DNA from: Candidatus Berkelbacteria bacterium
GTDB lineage: Bacteria > Patescibacteriota > UBA1384 > XYA2-FULL-43-10 > CAINNR01
Direction: 5' to 3'
Length of the DNA stretch: 64,000 nt
NCBI GenBank assembly: GCA_037142675.1
Contig: JBAXAF010000004.1
Span: 326 to 64,325, forward strand
Both the position numbers and the translations under genes were made by a program. Shown here one piece after another: positions 8,003-16,919 of the stretch (the stretch's first letter is position 1; every line of letters starts with the position of its first letter). Under the pieces are notes generated by a model. The model worked only from the letters and a program-made list of their open reading frames with translations, was not told the origin of the DNA and ran no database searches.

Positions 8003-9190
8003 ATGGCAAAAAAGACCGTGAGGTATTACCTGTTGTTGTCGTTGCTCTACCGATTTTCCAATACCTGCTTTGCCGCGACCTATGTAACATTTCTAATGAG
8101 CAGGGGAGGACTAAACCTGTTTCAGGTTAATATGGTCAATTTCATCTTCTTTGCGACGATGTTTTTGACCGAAATCCCGACCGGCGCCGTGGCCGACTGT
8201 TTCGGTCGCAAGCTGTCTTTTCTTATCTCTTGCTCGATTAACTGTGTTTCGTTGCTGGTGTATGCCCTGTCGCACACCTTCACTGGCTTTGCCACCGCCG
8301 AGGCAATGGGCGCAGTTGGGTCAACATTCTCGTCAGGCGCATTTCAGGCCTGGGTGGTTGATTCTCTTAACCACCACGGCTACCAGGAGGACTTTGGCAA
8401 GCTGTTCGCTCGCCAAAACCAGTTGGGCAACTTGGTCGGTATGGGTGCCGCCATCATTGGTGCACACCTGGCAACTATAAACCCGGCTTTCCCTTGGTTT
8501 CTGTCGGCTGCGTTTGTCTTCGCCACTGGTGTTGTCGCAATCTTTGTTATGAGGGAGGACTACCGGGAAAAAAGCAGTATCAATTTGTTGGCGACAGCCA
8601 AAGAGTTCGGCCGCAAGTTTGTGGTTAGCGCCCAAACAATCCGTGCTGGTGGGCCAGTAACACTAATGATGTTACTTGGACTGGTCTATTCCATTGGAGT
8701 CCAAGCCCCCAACATGCAGTGGCAGCCGTATTTCCGTAAGCACTTCGCCTCGGAAGCTGAATTGGGTTATTTGTGGGCTGGTGTCTCATTGGCGATCATC
8801 ATTGGCTCACAAATGTCAGCCATGATGCGTCGTGGGCCTGCGTTCGAGCGACTAGCGTTGATAGGAACCCAGGTTTCTATTGGCCTATTCATCGCGCTAG
8901 CGGGGATACAGTCGCCGTGGATGTTATCTGTTTTGTTTTACCTCATCCACGAGGCTGGGCGTGGGATGTTTTCACCGCTTAAGGATGCGTATCTCAACGA
9001 TGCCATCCAAAAGGAGGAGCGGGCAACCCTACTTTCCTGTGGTTCAATCTCTAGCCACATCGGTTCAATGGTTGGGCTAGTGATGTCTGGTCTTATGGCC
9101 AACAGGCTCTCAATCGCTCCCACCTGGATAGTGTCAGGGATTTTCCTTGTCGTCGGGACACTCGCAGTGTCTCGAATCAAGCGCACATGA
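8003..9190 (+). CDS. MFS transporter
   Basis: EIPTGAVADCFGRKLSF (MFS motif A); ~12 TM segments; terminator at ~9195-9225. Confidence 0.92.
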   Translation: MAKKTVRYYLLLSLLYRFSNTCFAATYVTFLMSRGGLNLFQVNMVNFIFFATMFLTEIPTGAVADCFGRKLSFLISCSINCVSLLVYALSHTFTGFATAEAMGAVGSTFSSGAFQAWVVDSLNHHGYQEDFGKLFARQNQLGNLVGMGAAIIGAHLATINPAFPWFLSAAFVFATGVVAIFVMREDYREKSSINLLATAKEFGRKFVVSAQTIRAGGPVTLMMLLGLVYSIGVQAPNMQWQPYFRKHFASEAELGYLWAGVSLAIIIGSQMSAMMRRGPAFERLALIGTQVSIGLFIALAGIQSPWMLSVLFYLIHEAGRGMFSPLKDAYLNDAIQKEERATLLSCGSISSHIGSMVGLVMSGLMANRLSIAPTWIVSGIFLVVGTLAVSRIKRT

Positions 9191-9234
9191 CTCAGGCGGT
9201 CTGCTCCTCGCAGACCGCTTTTTTTGTCCCAAAT

Positions 9235-9990
9235 TTAGCCTTCGCCGACTTTTGCCTCGGTGGATTTCTCCCACAATAGAGTGTGGAAAATTTTCATTGC
9301 CTCGTATAGTTCTTTACTCTTAATAAGCATGCCAAAGTTCTCTTTTTGCGTGCTAAAAACACTAAGTTTTCCTGTGTCGTAGATTCCAATTCCAACCTCA
9401 ATTCTCATCCCATCTGGTCCCCATCGCAACTCTCGCAAGTACTCCAAGCCGTGTGATGATGTTTCATAGTTAATATCTGTATCTTTGTATCGAATAGTTT
9501 TGATAAATATTCCCTTTTCAATTCGAGCTTTGTCGATCTCGGCGATTGATCGTACCCCGCCAATCATTTGAGTTGCGCTCCCTGGCCAAATGTAGAGTGC
9601 CTCTTTTTTGCACTTCAACTCCTCGCGGATAACATTGCGCACCTGATCTGGCCCCTCAAAATAACTGACGCGTGGTTTGTGTGGGGTTAGATTAAATAAG
9701 TCTATAAAAGCCGGCAAACTATCTTTTAGTTTTGCCAATCTTTCATTCTCGAGCTCAATCAGGCGTTCTGGCGACTCAGCTTTGTAATTCATTCGGCCGT
9801 TTTTCTCGAACTTTGATATCAAACCCAGTTCAACTAGGTGATCAATAAAGTAATAAATTGATGTTCGTTTAATGCCGGCACGAGCAGCGATTGGAGTAAT
9901 GGTTGAACTGCCAAGCTCCAAAATAGCCAAGTAGACCTTGGCTTCCTTCTCGTCCAACCCAAATTTTACTAGTGTGTCCTCTTTGTTCAT
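9235..9990 (-). CDS. TrmB-family transcriptional regulator (2 of 6)
   Basis: FGLDEKEAKVYLAILELG...IAARAGIKRTSIYY; start set at MNKEDT. Confidence 0.9.
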   Translation of the reverse strand: MNKEDTLVKFGLDEKEAKVYLAILELGSSTITPIAARAGIKRTSIYYFIDHLVELGLISKFEKNGRMNYKAESPERLIELENERLAKLKDSLPAFIDLFNLTPHKPRVSYFEGPDQVRNVIREELKCKKEALYIWPGSATQMIGGVRSIAEIDKARIEKGIFIKTIRYKDTDINYETSSHGLEYLRELRWGPDGMRIEVGIGIYDTGKLSVFSTQKENFGMLIKSKELYEAMKIFHTLLWEKSTEAKVGEG

Positions 9991-9994
9991 TCCT

Positions 9995-10041
9995 GTCATC
10001 CTCGGGCTTGCCTGCCCGCCTTTGGAGGGACCCGGGGATCC
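9995..10041 (-). repeat. REP-like palindrome (GGATC...GATGAC, family B) with a nested short GC-rich repeat
   Basis: Reverse strand reads GGATCCCCGGG...CCCGAGGATGAC; same termini as 11698-11725, 28689-28751 and 47338-47397. Confidence 0.55.
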
Positions 10042-10271
10042 ATTAATAGTTAAGACTTCGCACATATCGTCTAAAAAATCGTCGATAACACATTAATTCT
10101 AGCATAATTGGCACAAATTAGTCAAGTATTATTTGTCTAAATCATTGTCTAATATATTGACAATATGCCAAATCAGTGATACAATGTGTTGTTACGATCG
10201 AAGTGGCAAACAAGCCAATCGCTCGTAAGGCAGATTACAACTTACGCCGGCGGGCTAACGCTAGGAATGAA

Positions 10272-10694
10272 ATGGATAACGATATTTGCGACTTTGGCTG
10301 TCCTGACGCCGTTGAGAACATCGCATTCAGTGGAAACACGTATTACGGCTTTGCTCGTTACGAAATCGCCACCGAGACCCGCGGGGGCATTCCTTACAAG
10401 ACTGAGGTTCGCGTCAACTATTTCCCCGTTGTTGATGGGCGCGTTCGGGTAGTAGATGTGGTTTTGATGCGATTCACCTGGGAGTCGTTTTACAAGACGC
10501 ATACGGTCGATGAAGCGCTGAAATCCAATTGGCCAGAAATATTGGCCGAGATGATCGCGGAGTCGCTGCCGGTTCGCATCGAGGAATTCTGCATCGCACG
10601 GCGCAAGAGTAGTGATCAGATGATACAGAATTTTAAGGAATGGCTGAAGTGTGAAAAGGGAATTGAGCTTTCGGAAGACCGCTCTGAACCGTAG
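10272..10694 (+). CDS. Hypothetical protein
   Basis: ORF behind promoter TTGACA-17-TACAAT (10157-10185); start moved to ATG 10272 because the track start lies inside the promoter. Confidence 0.6.
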   Translation: MDNDICDFGCPDAVENIAFSGNTYYGFARYEIATETRGGIPYKTEVRVNYFPVVDGRVRVVDVVLMRFTWESFYKTHTVDEALKSNWPEILAEMIAESLPVRIEEFCIARRKSSDQMIQNFKEWLKCEKGIELSEDRSEP

Positions 10695-10719
10695 CAGGTT
10701 CGGAGCCGTTTCCGAGGGA
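10667..10719 (+). repeat. 53-bp hairpin direct repeat, copy 1
   Basis: 50/53 identical to 11136-11188. Confidence 0.9.
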
Positions 10720-10756
10720 AATCAAGTGCTGGCGAGCCAAAACGCAAGGAAATAAC

Positions 10757-11131
10757 ATGAGTGGTACAGTTGACGATTTGATGGCAGCGCTTCGGATGAT
10801 CGACAGTCACTCGCAGCAGCTTGATGAAGAAAAAGAGACCCTGGCGTTGGCGCGGCGTGTCATCTCCGATCGTCACTTCCGGCAGCTGGTTCAGCGGCTG
10901 GAAACCGATCGGGTTGGATTGGCACGCGAGATCCTCGAAGCCGAGCAGATCCGCATCGACAACACCCCGATCGAAGATCTGTCGCTGTCGGTTCGGACAT
11001 ACAACGGCTTGAAGAAGAGTGGTATCAACACCCTCGGAGAGCTGGCTGAGTGCACGAAGGAGAAGTTGGCAGGCATCCGCAACTGGGGCCGCCGCTGCCA
11101 GGAAGAAGTAGATGAGATTCTGAAGAAATAG
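10757..11131 (+). CDS. Stand-alone RNA polymerase alpha C-terminal-domain protein
   Basis: PIEDLSLSVRTYNGLKKSGINTLGEL...IRNWGRRCQEEV matches the alpha-CTD pattern; short helical N-terminus, no alpha-NTD. Confidence 0.85.
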   Translation: MSGTVDDLMAALRMIDSHSQQLDEEKETLALARRVISDRHFRQLVQRLETDRVGLAREILEAEQIRIDNTPIEDLSLSVRTYNGLKKSGINTLGELAECTKEKLAGIRNWGRRCQEEVDEILKK

Positions 11132-11135
11132 GAGT

Positions 11136-11188
11136 GCTTTCGGACGACCGCTCTGAACTGTAACAGGTTCGGAGCCGTTTCCGAGGGA
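11136..11188 (+). repeat. 53-bp hairpin direct repeat, copy 2
   Basis: See 10667-10719. Confidence 0.9.
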
Positions 11189-11214
11189 GATAATCAGAAA
11201 GGTGGTTATGAAGT

Positions 11215-11625
11215 ATGTACATGTACCCTTTTGCATGGAGTGGCCAGGTATATAATCTGGGCGAAGGCGATGTCCAGATGCTGGTTGAGTTGTTGTGTGC
11301 AGGCCTAGACAAGGTGCTTGTAAACAACGATTACGAAGATGGCTCCAGGAAAGTGCGAATCTCGACTCACGACTATAAAAAGGCTAAATTCAACGACAAG
11401 CTGATCGAGCTCGAGTATACACTTCCCTGCAGGCATTTGCTTGTAGGACTGGGAAGTGGAGATTACCCGCGCTCCTTGCATCTTCCGCAAGCAATCGGTG
11501 GGGGGACCCTCGTCCGTAAGTCTCACGAGCCTGGCAAACCTATATACGTATGTCAGTTGGACATTGGAGACAGAAAGATAGAGCTGAAGGTGTGTTTCGT
11601 TGTGACTGAAGACAAGTTGAGATAG
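11215..11625 (+). CDS. Hypothetical protein
   Basis: 136-aa ORF, third gene of the cargo operon; terminator at ~11658-11690. Confidence 0.55.
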   Translation: MYMYPFAWSGQVYNLGEGDVQMLVELLCAGLDKVLVNNDYEDGSRKVRISTHDYKKAKFNDKLIELEYTLPCRHLLVGLGSGDYPRSLHLPQAIGGGTLVRKSHEPGKPIYVCQLDIGDRKIELKVCFVVTEDKLR

Positions 11626-11756
11626 TCCAAGCAACTGCTGTCGGCAACCAACTTCGCCTCCGGGTCGTGATTGATTCGGAGCTTTTTTATTTCAAACTAG
11701 ATCCTTCGGCTACTCTCAGGATGACAATCTAAAAAATTCATGCTAAACTTTTGGCA

Positions 11757-12104
11757 ATGTTAAACAATATCAACCGCCTGCGGAAGGCGGGGGAAATCCA
11801 AAAAGTATTCAAATTCGGCAAATCAATACGGTCTGCTAATTTTTCTATTCGCTATAATCCGAACCGCGCAAGCAATAATCGCTTCGCTGTTGTTGTTGGC
11901 ACAAAGGTGGACAAGCGAGCAACTCGCAGAAACGCTATAAAACGGCTTGTAAGAGAAGTTATTCGCTTAAATATACAATCTATCCCGACAAGCTTTGATA
12001 TTGTTCTCACGGCTCACAAACTAGCAAATTGGCCGATAAAACTGGTCGATGTCCAGCCAGAATTAACAGAACTGTTAAAACAAATTCGAAACTCTAAATC
12101 CTAA
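11757..12104 (+). CDS. rnpA: Ribonuclease P protein component
   Basis: NRLRK, RFAVVVGTKVDKRATRRNAIKRLVRE (RNR-like motif); precedes yidD-yidC. Confidence 0.93.
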   Translation: MLNNINRLRKAGEIQKVFKFGKSIRSANFSIRYNPNRASNNRFAVVVGTKVDKRATRRNAIKRLVREVIRLNIQSIPTSFDIVLTAHKLANWPIKLVDVQPELTELLKQIRNSKS

Positions 12105-12205
12105 ATCCTAAACAAATCCAAATGATCCAATTTTCAAATATTTTAAACATTAAGACATTTGAATTTTGATATTGTTTAGAAATTAGATATTAGAATTTAG
12201 AAATT
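12083..12205. repeat. AT-rich palindromic repeat (family A)
   Basis: About 100 bp nearly identical to 20588-20692; supplies the rnpA stop codon. Confidence 0.85.
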
Positions 12206-12448
12206 ATGAAAAAAATCTTAATAAAAATCATTGAATTTTATCAGCGAACACTTTCGCCTGATCATGGATTTTTTTCATATAAATATCCAGCAGGATATTG
12301 CAAATATCATCCTGATTGCTCTGAATATTGTAAGCAGGCAATAGAGAAAAAAGGCGCTGTGAGGGGGATTGCGCTCGGAGCGTGGCGTGTGCTACGATGT
12401 AATCCATGGAGTTCTGGGGGGTACGATCCGGTGAATCATGAATCATGA
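12206..12448 (+). CDS. yidD: Membrane protein insertion efficiency factor YidD
   Basis: CKYHPDCSEY...RVLRCNPWSSGGYDPV. Confidence 0.95.
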   Translation: MKKILIKIIEFYQRTLSPDHGFFSYKYPAGYCKYHPDCSEYCKQAIEKKGAVRGIALGAWRVLRCNPWSSGGYDPVNHES

Positions 12449-12509
12449 ATTGTGAATAATGGGCTCAAAACCATAATTCTTAATTCATAATTCTTAATTC
12501 AAGGAAAAA

Positions 12510-13382
12510 ATGTCTGCATTTTTCACAACCATCTTGTTTGTCCCGATCTATAACATGCTAATGTACTTGGTTGCCGTTATCCCTGGCCATCAAGTGGCAC
12601 TGGCTATTATCTTGCTAACTATTATCATTCGTCTGGTTCTTTTGCCATCTTCAATCAAGGCATCAAAATCTACAATTGAAATGCAGAAGATTCAACCACT
12701 ATTGAATGCTGTTCGGGCCAAATACAAGGGTGATCAGCTGAAAATGTCACAAGAAATGCAACGCCTGTTCAAGGAGCACAAGGTTTCGCCGTATGGAAGT
12801 TGTTTGCCACTAATTGTGCAGATGGTTGTACTTGTAGTTTTTTATCGGGTAATATTGATTGGTTTCAGCGCTGGCCACTTTAATCTCCTTTACTCATTTA
12901 TTCCCAAGCCTTCAGAGATTAATCTTGCCTTCTTTGGCATTGATGTTTCCAAGCCAGATCTGTGGGTTCTGCCAATTCTAGCTGGCGCGCTGCAGTTTGT
13001 TCAGACAAAAATGATGCCGCAGCCACCGCAATCAAAAGGTTCGAATGATCCAGCTGCAATGATGAACAAGCAAATAATCTATTTTTTGCCCTTGATTACA
13101 ATCTTCATCGGTCGTGCGCTTCCTGCGGGCCTGGCACTTTATTGGGTTCTAACATCCGTGGTTATGATTTTTCAGCAGTGGTATGTCAATAATCAATTTA
13201 AACTTGGTTTCTGGGGTAAGTTCCCTAATGTGCCAATTGCAGAGCTTCCTGAATACACCATAGATGATAAATCATCAGCCAAAGGCACTGAACTACACCC
13301 AGAACATGAAAAAATTATTCAGGCCGACGAAAAAAAGATCCGAGCTAAAGGCGTTGAGATTACAGTTCGAAAACGCAAGTAA
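12510..13382 (+). CDS. yidC: Membrane protein insertase YidC/Oxa1
   Basis: AIILLTIIIRLVLLP, GSCLPLIVQM, PAGLALYW. Confidence 0.95.
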   Translation: MSAFFTTILFVPIYNMLMYLVAVIPGHQVALAIILLTIIIRLVLLPSSIKASKSTIEMQKIQPLLNAVRAKYKGDQLKMSQEMQRLFKEHKVSPYGSCLPLIVQMVVLVVFYRVILIGFSAGHFNLLYSFIPKPSEINLAFFGIDVSKPDLWVLPILAGALQFVQTKMMPQPPQSKGSNDPAAMMNKQIIYFLPLITIFIGRALPAGLALYWVLTSVVMIFQQWYVNNQFKLGFWGKFPNVPIAELPEYTIDDKSSAKGTELHPEHEKIIQADEKKIRAKGVEITVRKRK

Positions 13383-13494
13383 GTTGCAAGTAACAAGTGA
13401 ATCAAGTAAAAAGTTGATAGAATTAAAAAATCCGCAATCAAATGCGGGTTTTTTAATTGAAATAGTCTAGCTTTTGAGCTATGATTCAAGCGTC

Positions 13495-13752
13495 ATGAAA
13501 TATTTTGTCTACATGCTAGAGAATCAAAAAGGAAGACATTATATTGGAATAACAACTGATTTGGAACGCAGACTGGCCGAACATAATATTAATGGCGCCA
13601 AATCGACAAAGCCATTTGGACCGTGGAAAATGATTTATTCTGAGCAATTTGATTCCAGATCAGAGGCTTGCAAACGAGAGTGGCATTTAAAAAATTCACC
13701 AGGAAAGAAAGAAAAATCCGATATTATTAAACAATACGGAGAGGTCGCATAG
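13495..13752 (+). CDS. GIY-YIG nuclease (last 15 nt overlap tRNA-Ser)
   Basis: YFVYML...HYIGITTDLERRLAEHN...STK...EACKRE; 85 aa from ATG 13495. Confidence 0.92.
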   Translation: MKYFVYMLENQKGRHYIGITTDLERRLAEHNINGAKSTKPFGPWKMIYSEQFDSRSEACKREWHLKNSPGKKEKSDIIKQYGEVA

Positions 13753-13828
13753 TTGGTCTAGTGCGCTTGTTTCGAAAACAAGTAGGGCTGCAAGGCTCTC
13801 GCGAGTTCGAATCTCGCCCTCTCCGCCA
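13738..13828 (+). tRNA. tRNA-Ser(CGA)
   Basis: GGAGAGG/CCTCTCC acceptor, CTTGT-TTCGAAA-ACAAG anticodon arm, long variable arm, TTCGAAT T-loop, encoded CCA. Confidence 0.96.
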
Positions 13829-13888
13829 AGCTTAGCTTGGCAATTGAGACGCTTGGCGTCTCGCCAATAAATATAAATCGTAAATATT

Positions 13889-14203
13889 ATGTTTGATAAA
13901 GCAGTAGAATTTGAAAAACTAATTGAATATCAAGAAGGTGTTGTTGCAAGTCGAACTATCATCGACAAAAAAGCCGGTACGGTAACAGTGTTTGCTTTTG
14001 ATAAGGGTCAAGGGCTTTCCGAGCATATCGCGCCGTACGATGCCCTAGTTTATGCACTAGATGGTGAGGCTGAAATAATTGTTTCCGGCGAAAAACAACA
14101 GCTAGCAAAGGGTGAGATGTTGATAATGCCAGCTGGATCGCCTCATTCTCTGAAAGCTGCCGAGAAATTCAAAATGGTTTTAGTAATGATACGAGAGAAA
14201 TAA
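13889..14203 (+). CDS. Cupin-domain protein
   Basis: FAFDKGQGLSEHIAPYDA...MPAGSPHSLKA. Confidence 0.88.
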   Translation: MFDKAVEFEKLIEYQEGVVASRTIIDKKAGTVTVFAFDKGQGLSEHIAPYDALVYALDGEAEIIVSGEKQQLAKGEMLIMPAGSPHSLKAAEKFKMVLVMIREK

Positions 14204-14206
14204 ATA

Positions 14207-15358
14207 ATGAAATTTCCTAAAAACTTTCTTTTTGGATCGGCGACCTCGGCTCATCAAATTGAAGGCCATTTAAATAACGATTGGGCACGCTGGGAAAAAA
14301 CTCCTGGCCATATTTCCGATGGCACAACGTCCGAAACTGGTGCTGATAGTTGGAATAAGTGGCGAGATGATATTCGGCTGCTTAATAATACCTCTCAGAA
14401 TGCCTACAGATTTTCCATTGAATGGTCACGAATTGAGCCAGAAGAAGGTATGTTTGATGAAGACGCTACCCAGCATTACCGGGAAATTATCAACGAGCTA
14501 AATAAGAATAATATCACCCCAATGGTGACACTTTTCCATTTCACCTGTCCACTTTGGCTTGACGATATTGGCGGTGTTGCCAGCAGAAAATTCGCCCGGT
14601 ATTTTGCTCGCTTTGCCGGCAGGATGGCGAAAGAATTCGGCCACAAGGTTGATCTCTGGTCGGTGATTAATGAACCCAGTGTATATGTTAACGCCGGCTA
14701 CATTATTGGTCATTGGTACCCGGGCAAGCGCAACATTATTGGTGGGGTCAAGGCATTTTTTCACCTTGTTTCTGCTCACAAACAAGCGTACATAAGCATG
14801 AAGAATGCTAACCCGAGGGTCAAGGTAGGAATTGCTATGAATATGACTGCATTTGCACCAGTTAAAAACACTTGGTGCAACCGTGTTCTAACGAGGGTAG
14901 CAAAATGGTTGGTAAATGAATATTCAATAAATTTGGTTCGCAAAAACCTCGACTTTCTCGGCATAAATCATTATATGTCACACAAAATTCAATGCAAAAA
15001 ACCAGTCATGTTTGACGAGGGTGGAGTTAAAAGCGAATATGGCTGGAGCGTTCACCCAGAAGGACTCTATCAAGTAATAATGGAAGCCAAGCACTGGAAG
15101 CTGCCAATCTACATTACAGAGAACGGCACGGCTGATTCATCTGATAAATTGCGACAATCATTCATCACCAATTTTTTAGAAAAATGCTCCAAAGCCATTG
15201 CTGATGGCGCCGACCTTCGAGGCTACTTTCACTGGTCCCTGATTGACAATTTTGAATGGGCGAGCGGATATTCGATGAAATTTGGCCTGCACACCATAGA
15301 CAGAAAACCCCGCAAATCGGCGGAGATTTATAAGAAAATTATAGAAAGTTCTAGATAA
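14207..15358 (+). CDS. Glycoside hydrolase family 1 (beta-glucosidase-like)
   Basis: FLFGSATSAHQIEG, YRFSIEWSRIEP, INEP (acid/base), ITENG (nucleophile), DNFEW. Confidence 0.95.
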   Translation: MKFPKNFLFGSATSAHQIEGHLNNDWARWEKTPGHISDGTTSETGADSWNKWRDDIRLLNNTSQNAYRFSIEWSRIEPEEGMFDEDATQHYREIINELNKNNITPMVTLFHFTCPLWLDDIGGVASRKFARYFARFAGRMAKEFGHKVDLWSVINEPSVYVNAGYIIGHWYPGKRNIIGGVKAFFHLVSAHKQAYISMKNANPRVKVGIAMNMTAFAPVKNTWCNRVLTRVAKWLVNEYSINLVRKNLDFLGINHYMSHKIQCKKPVMFDEGGVKSEYGWSVHPEGLYQVIMEAKHWKLPIYITENGTADSSDKLRQSFITNFLEKCSKAIADGADLRGYFHWSLIDNFEWASGYSMKFGLHTIDRKPRKSAEIYKKIIESSR

Positions 15359-15423
15359 ATTTTGAATAAAAAAGCCCTGGCGTGACAACAACCAGGGTGG
15401 GCACTCTTGGCTTTCGAACCAGG

Positions 15424-16293
15424 TCAGGCAGACCTGACCGTGGCAGCATCCTCGGGCTGGCCAATGATCTGGCGGTACTTGTCGCGTAGCTCCGGCGACA
15501 ACCTCTCTGTCATGCTGATAGCGTCTCGACGGCCGCACAGGCTATCGTGGTGAGTGATGTGGGCGGCAACCAGTTTTTCGACTGCCGCCTCACGTTTGGC
15601 CGGTGGGAAGAGCGGGATCATGCACTCGGCATAATCGAGCCGGTAACTGGCGCTGCATGCTTCGTGGAAAAGCGCACGAAGACGCTTCTGGTCTCTAATG
15701 AAACCGAGCTCGGAGCTGAAACCGTTGACATCGCGGTAGGTGTACTGCGATCGGTGATGTTCAGCCGGGTGCATATCCATCTCGAGCAGGGAGAAGAACA
15801 GCCTCTCAAATGCTGCGTGTCGCAACCGCTTCGAGTCGATGGCGCGGATCGACCGCAGTGTTTCTTCGACGTTCCAGAAGCCATACCGGCAAAGCTGCAC
15901 GTTGGCGGCGTCACGGTCCTTTTTTGGGAGACCGACGATTGCTTTTCGCACTATGCGAATGTCGGAGTTCCGACGTGCGAGGTACTTCGGCATCCAGGTC
16001 ATAACCTCGTCGGTGTTCAGGTGACGACCAACGACCTCGAGATCGCGAAGCATGCCGTCGTAGTTGTAGCCATTTTCAACCACAATGGCTACAACTTTGC
16101 CTGCCTGCCCAGGTTGGAGCTCCTTTGGCAGTAGCGGAATGGCGGTGATGAGCGCAATCCTGAGCTGTTGGTGGCTGATCATCTTATCGATGACACCTGT
16201 TACCAGCTCCACCTTTCGCTCGGCGCTCATGTCTTGGAAGCAGTAGCTTAGCTGGCGCTCATATTCGTCCCCCCCAGATGTGGCTGACGGCAC
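15424..16293 (-). CDS. Hypothetical alpha-helical protein, GC-rich
   Basis: 289-aa ORF with a terminator at ~15367-15390; overlaps the upstream ORF. Confidence 0.6.
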   Translation of the reverse strand: MPSATSGGDEYERQLSYCFQDMSAERKVELVTGVIDKMISHQQLRIALITAIPLLPKELQPGQAGKVVAIVVENGYNYDGMLRDLEVVGRHLNTDEVMTWMPKYLARRNSDIRIVRKAIVGLPKKDRDAANVQLCRYGFWNVEETLRSIRAIDSKRLRHAAFERLFFSLLEMDMHPAEHHRSQYTYRDVNGFSSELGFIRDQKRLRALFHEACSASYRLDYAECMIPLFPPAKREAAVEKLVAAHITHHDSLCGRRDAISMTERLSPELRDKYRQIIGQPEDAATVRSA

Positions 16294-16798
16294 AGTTGTA
16301 CCTGGCCATGACTAAGCAATGCAGCCGGTCTTCTGAGCGGTATTTGCTATTGGTCAGGCTTGAAGCATCCCTGGCCTGGTAATCGTAGCCGCCGAGGATA
16401 GTCAGCTCGTGAATTCGTCTTCCGACCTGTTTGCGCAGATGTTTTGTTTCGATCTTCCGGCACCAGTTGATCGCCGCCCAGAGTAGGGCCGCTGATCTGT
16501 GGTTATCGCTGCAAATTTCGACCTCAGCGATAAACTGGTTACAGGCTGCAAGTCGAAGATTATCAGCCTTGTCGCCGAGAAGTGCAGCAATTCTTGAGAG
16601 TGATTGCTCGGACTGGTGGATAGTGCGCCCGGTCATCCCGCCACCAGGTGTGATAATCACCATCCAGTGGATTAAGGACTTGGCGCATACCATCAACTGG
16701 TGATAAGTCAGACTGTGTCCGAGTTGGGTCACCAGGGTCACGGCCGCGTCAATATCACCAGCGATGATCAGAGCAGACAACAATTGCAAGGATCTCAT
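16259..16798 (-). CDS. Hypothetical protein, GC-rich
   Basis: GAGGA SD before ATG 16798; first gene of a two-gene unit. Confidence 0.6.
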   Translation of the reverse strand: MRSLQLLSALIIAGDIDAAVTLVTQLGHSLTYHQLMVCAKSLIHWMVIITPGGGMTGRTIHQSEQSLSRIAALLGDKADNLRLAACNQFIAEVEICSDNHRSAALLWAAINWCRKIETKHLRKQVGRRIHELTILGGYDYQARDASSLTNSKYRSEDRLHCLVMARYNCAVSHIWGGRI

Positions 16799-16919
16799 TG
16801 TAGGTTCCTCTCACAAATCGGGTTGATTGTGAAACACCTAAGTTATATCAGCAAGCAATATTTTAATCAAATTTAATAAAAAAAACGCGGCGAAGGAACT
16901 CGCCGCGTGTACTCTTTGC

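Noticed and set aside
10667-11188. Hairpin direct repeats as a CRISPR array
   Set aside because: Only two 53-bp copies separated by a 416-bp gene-containing stretch; no cas genes in the window.
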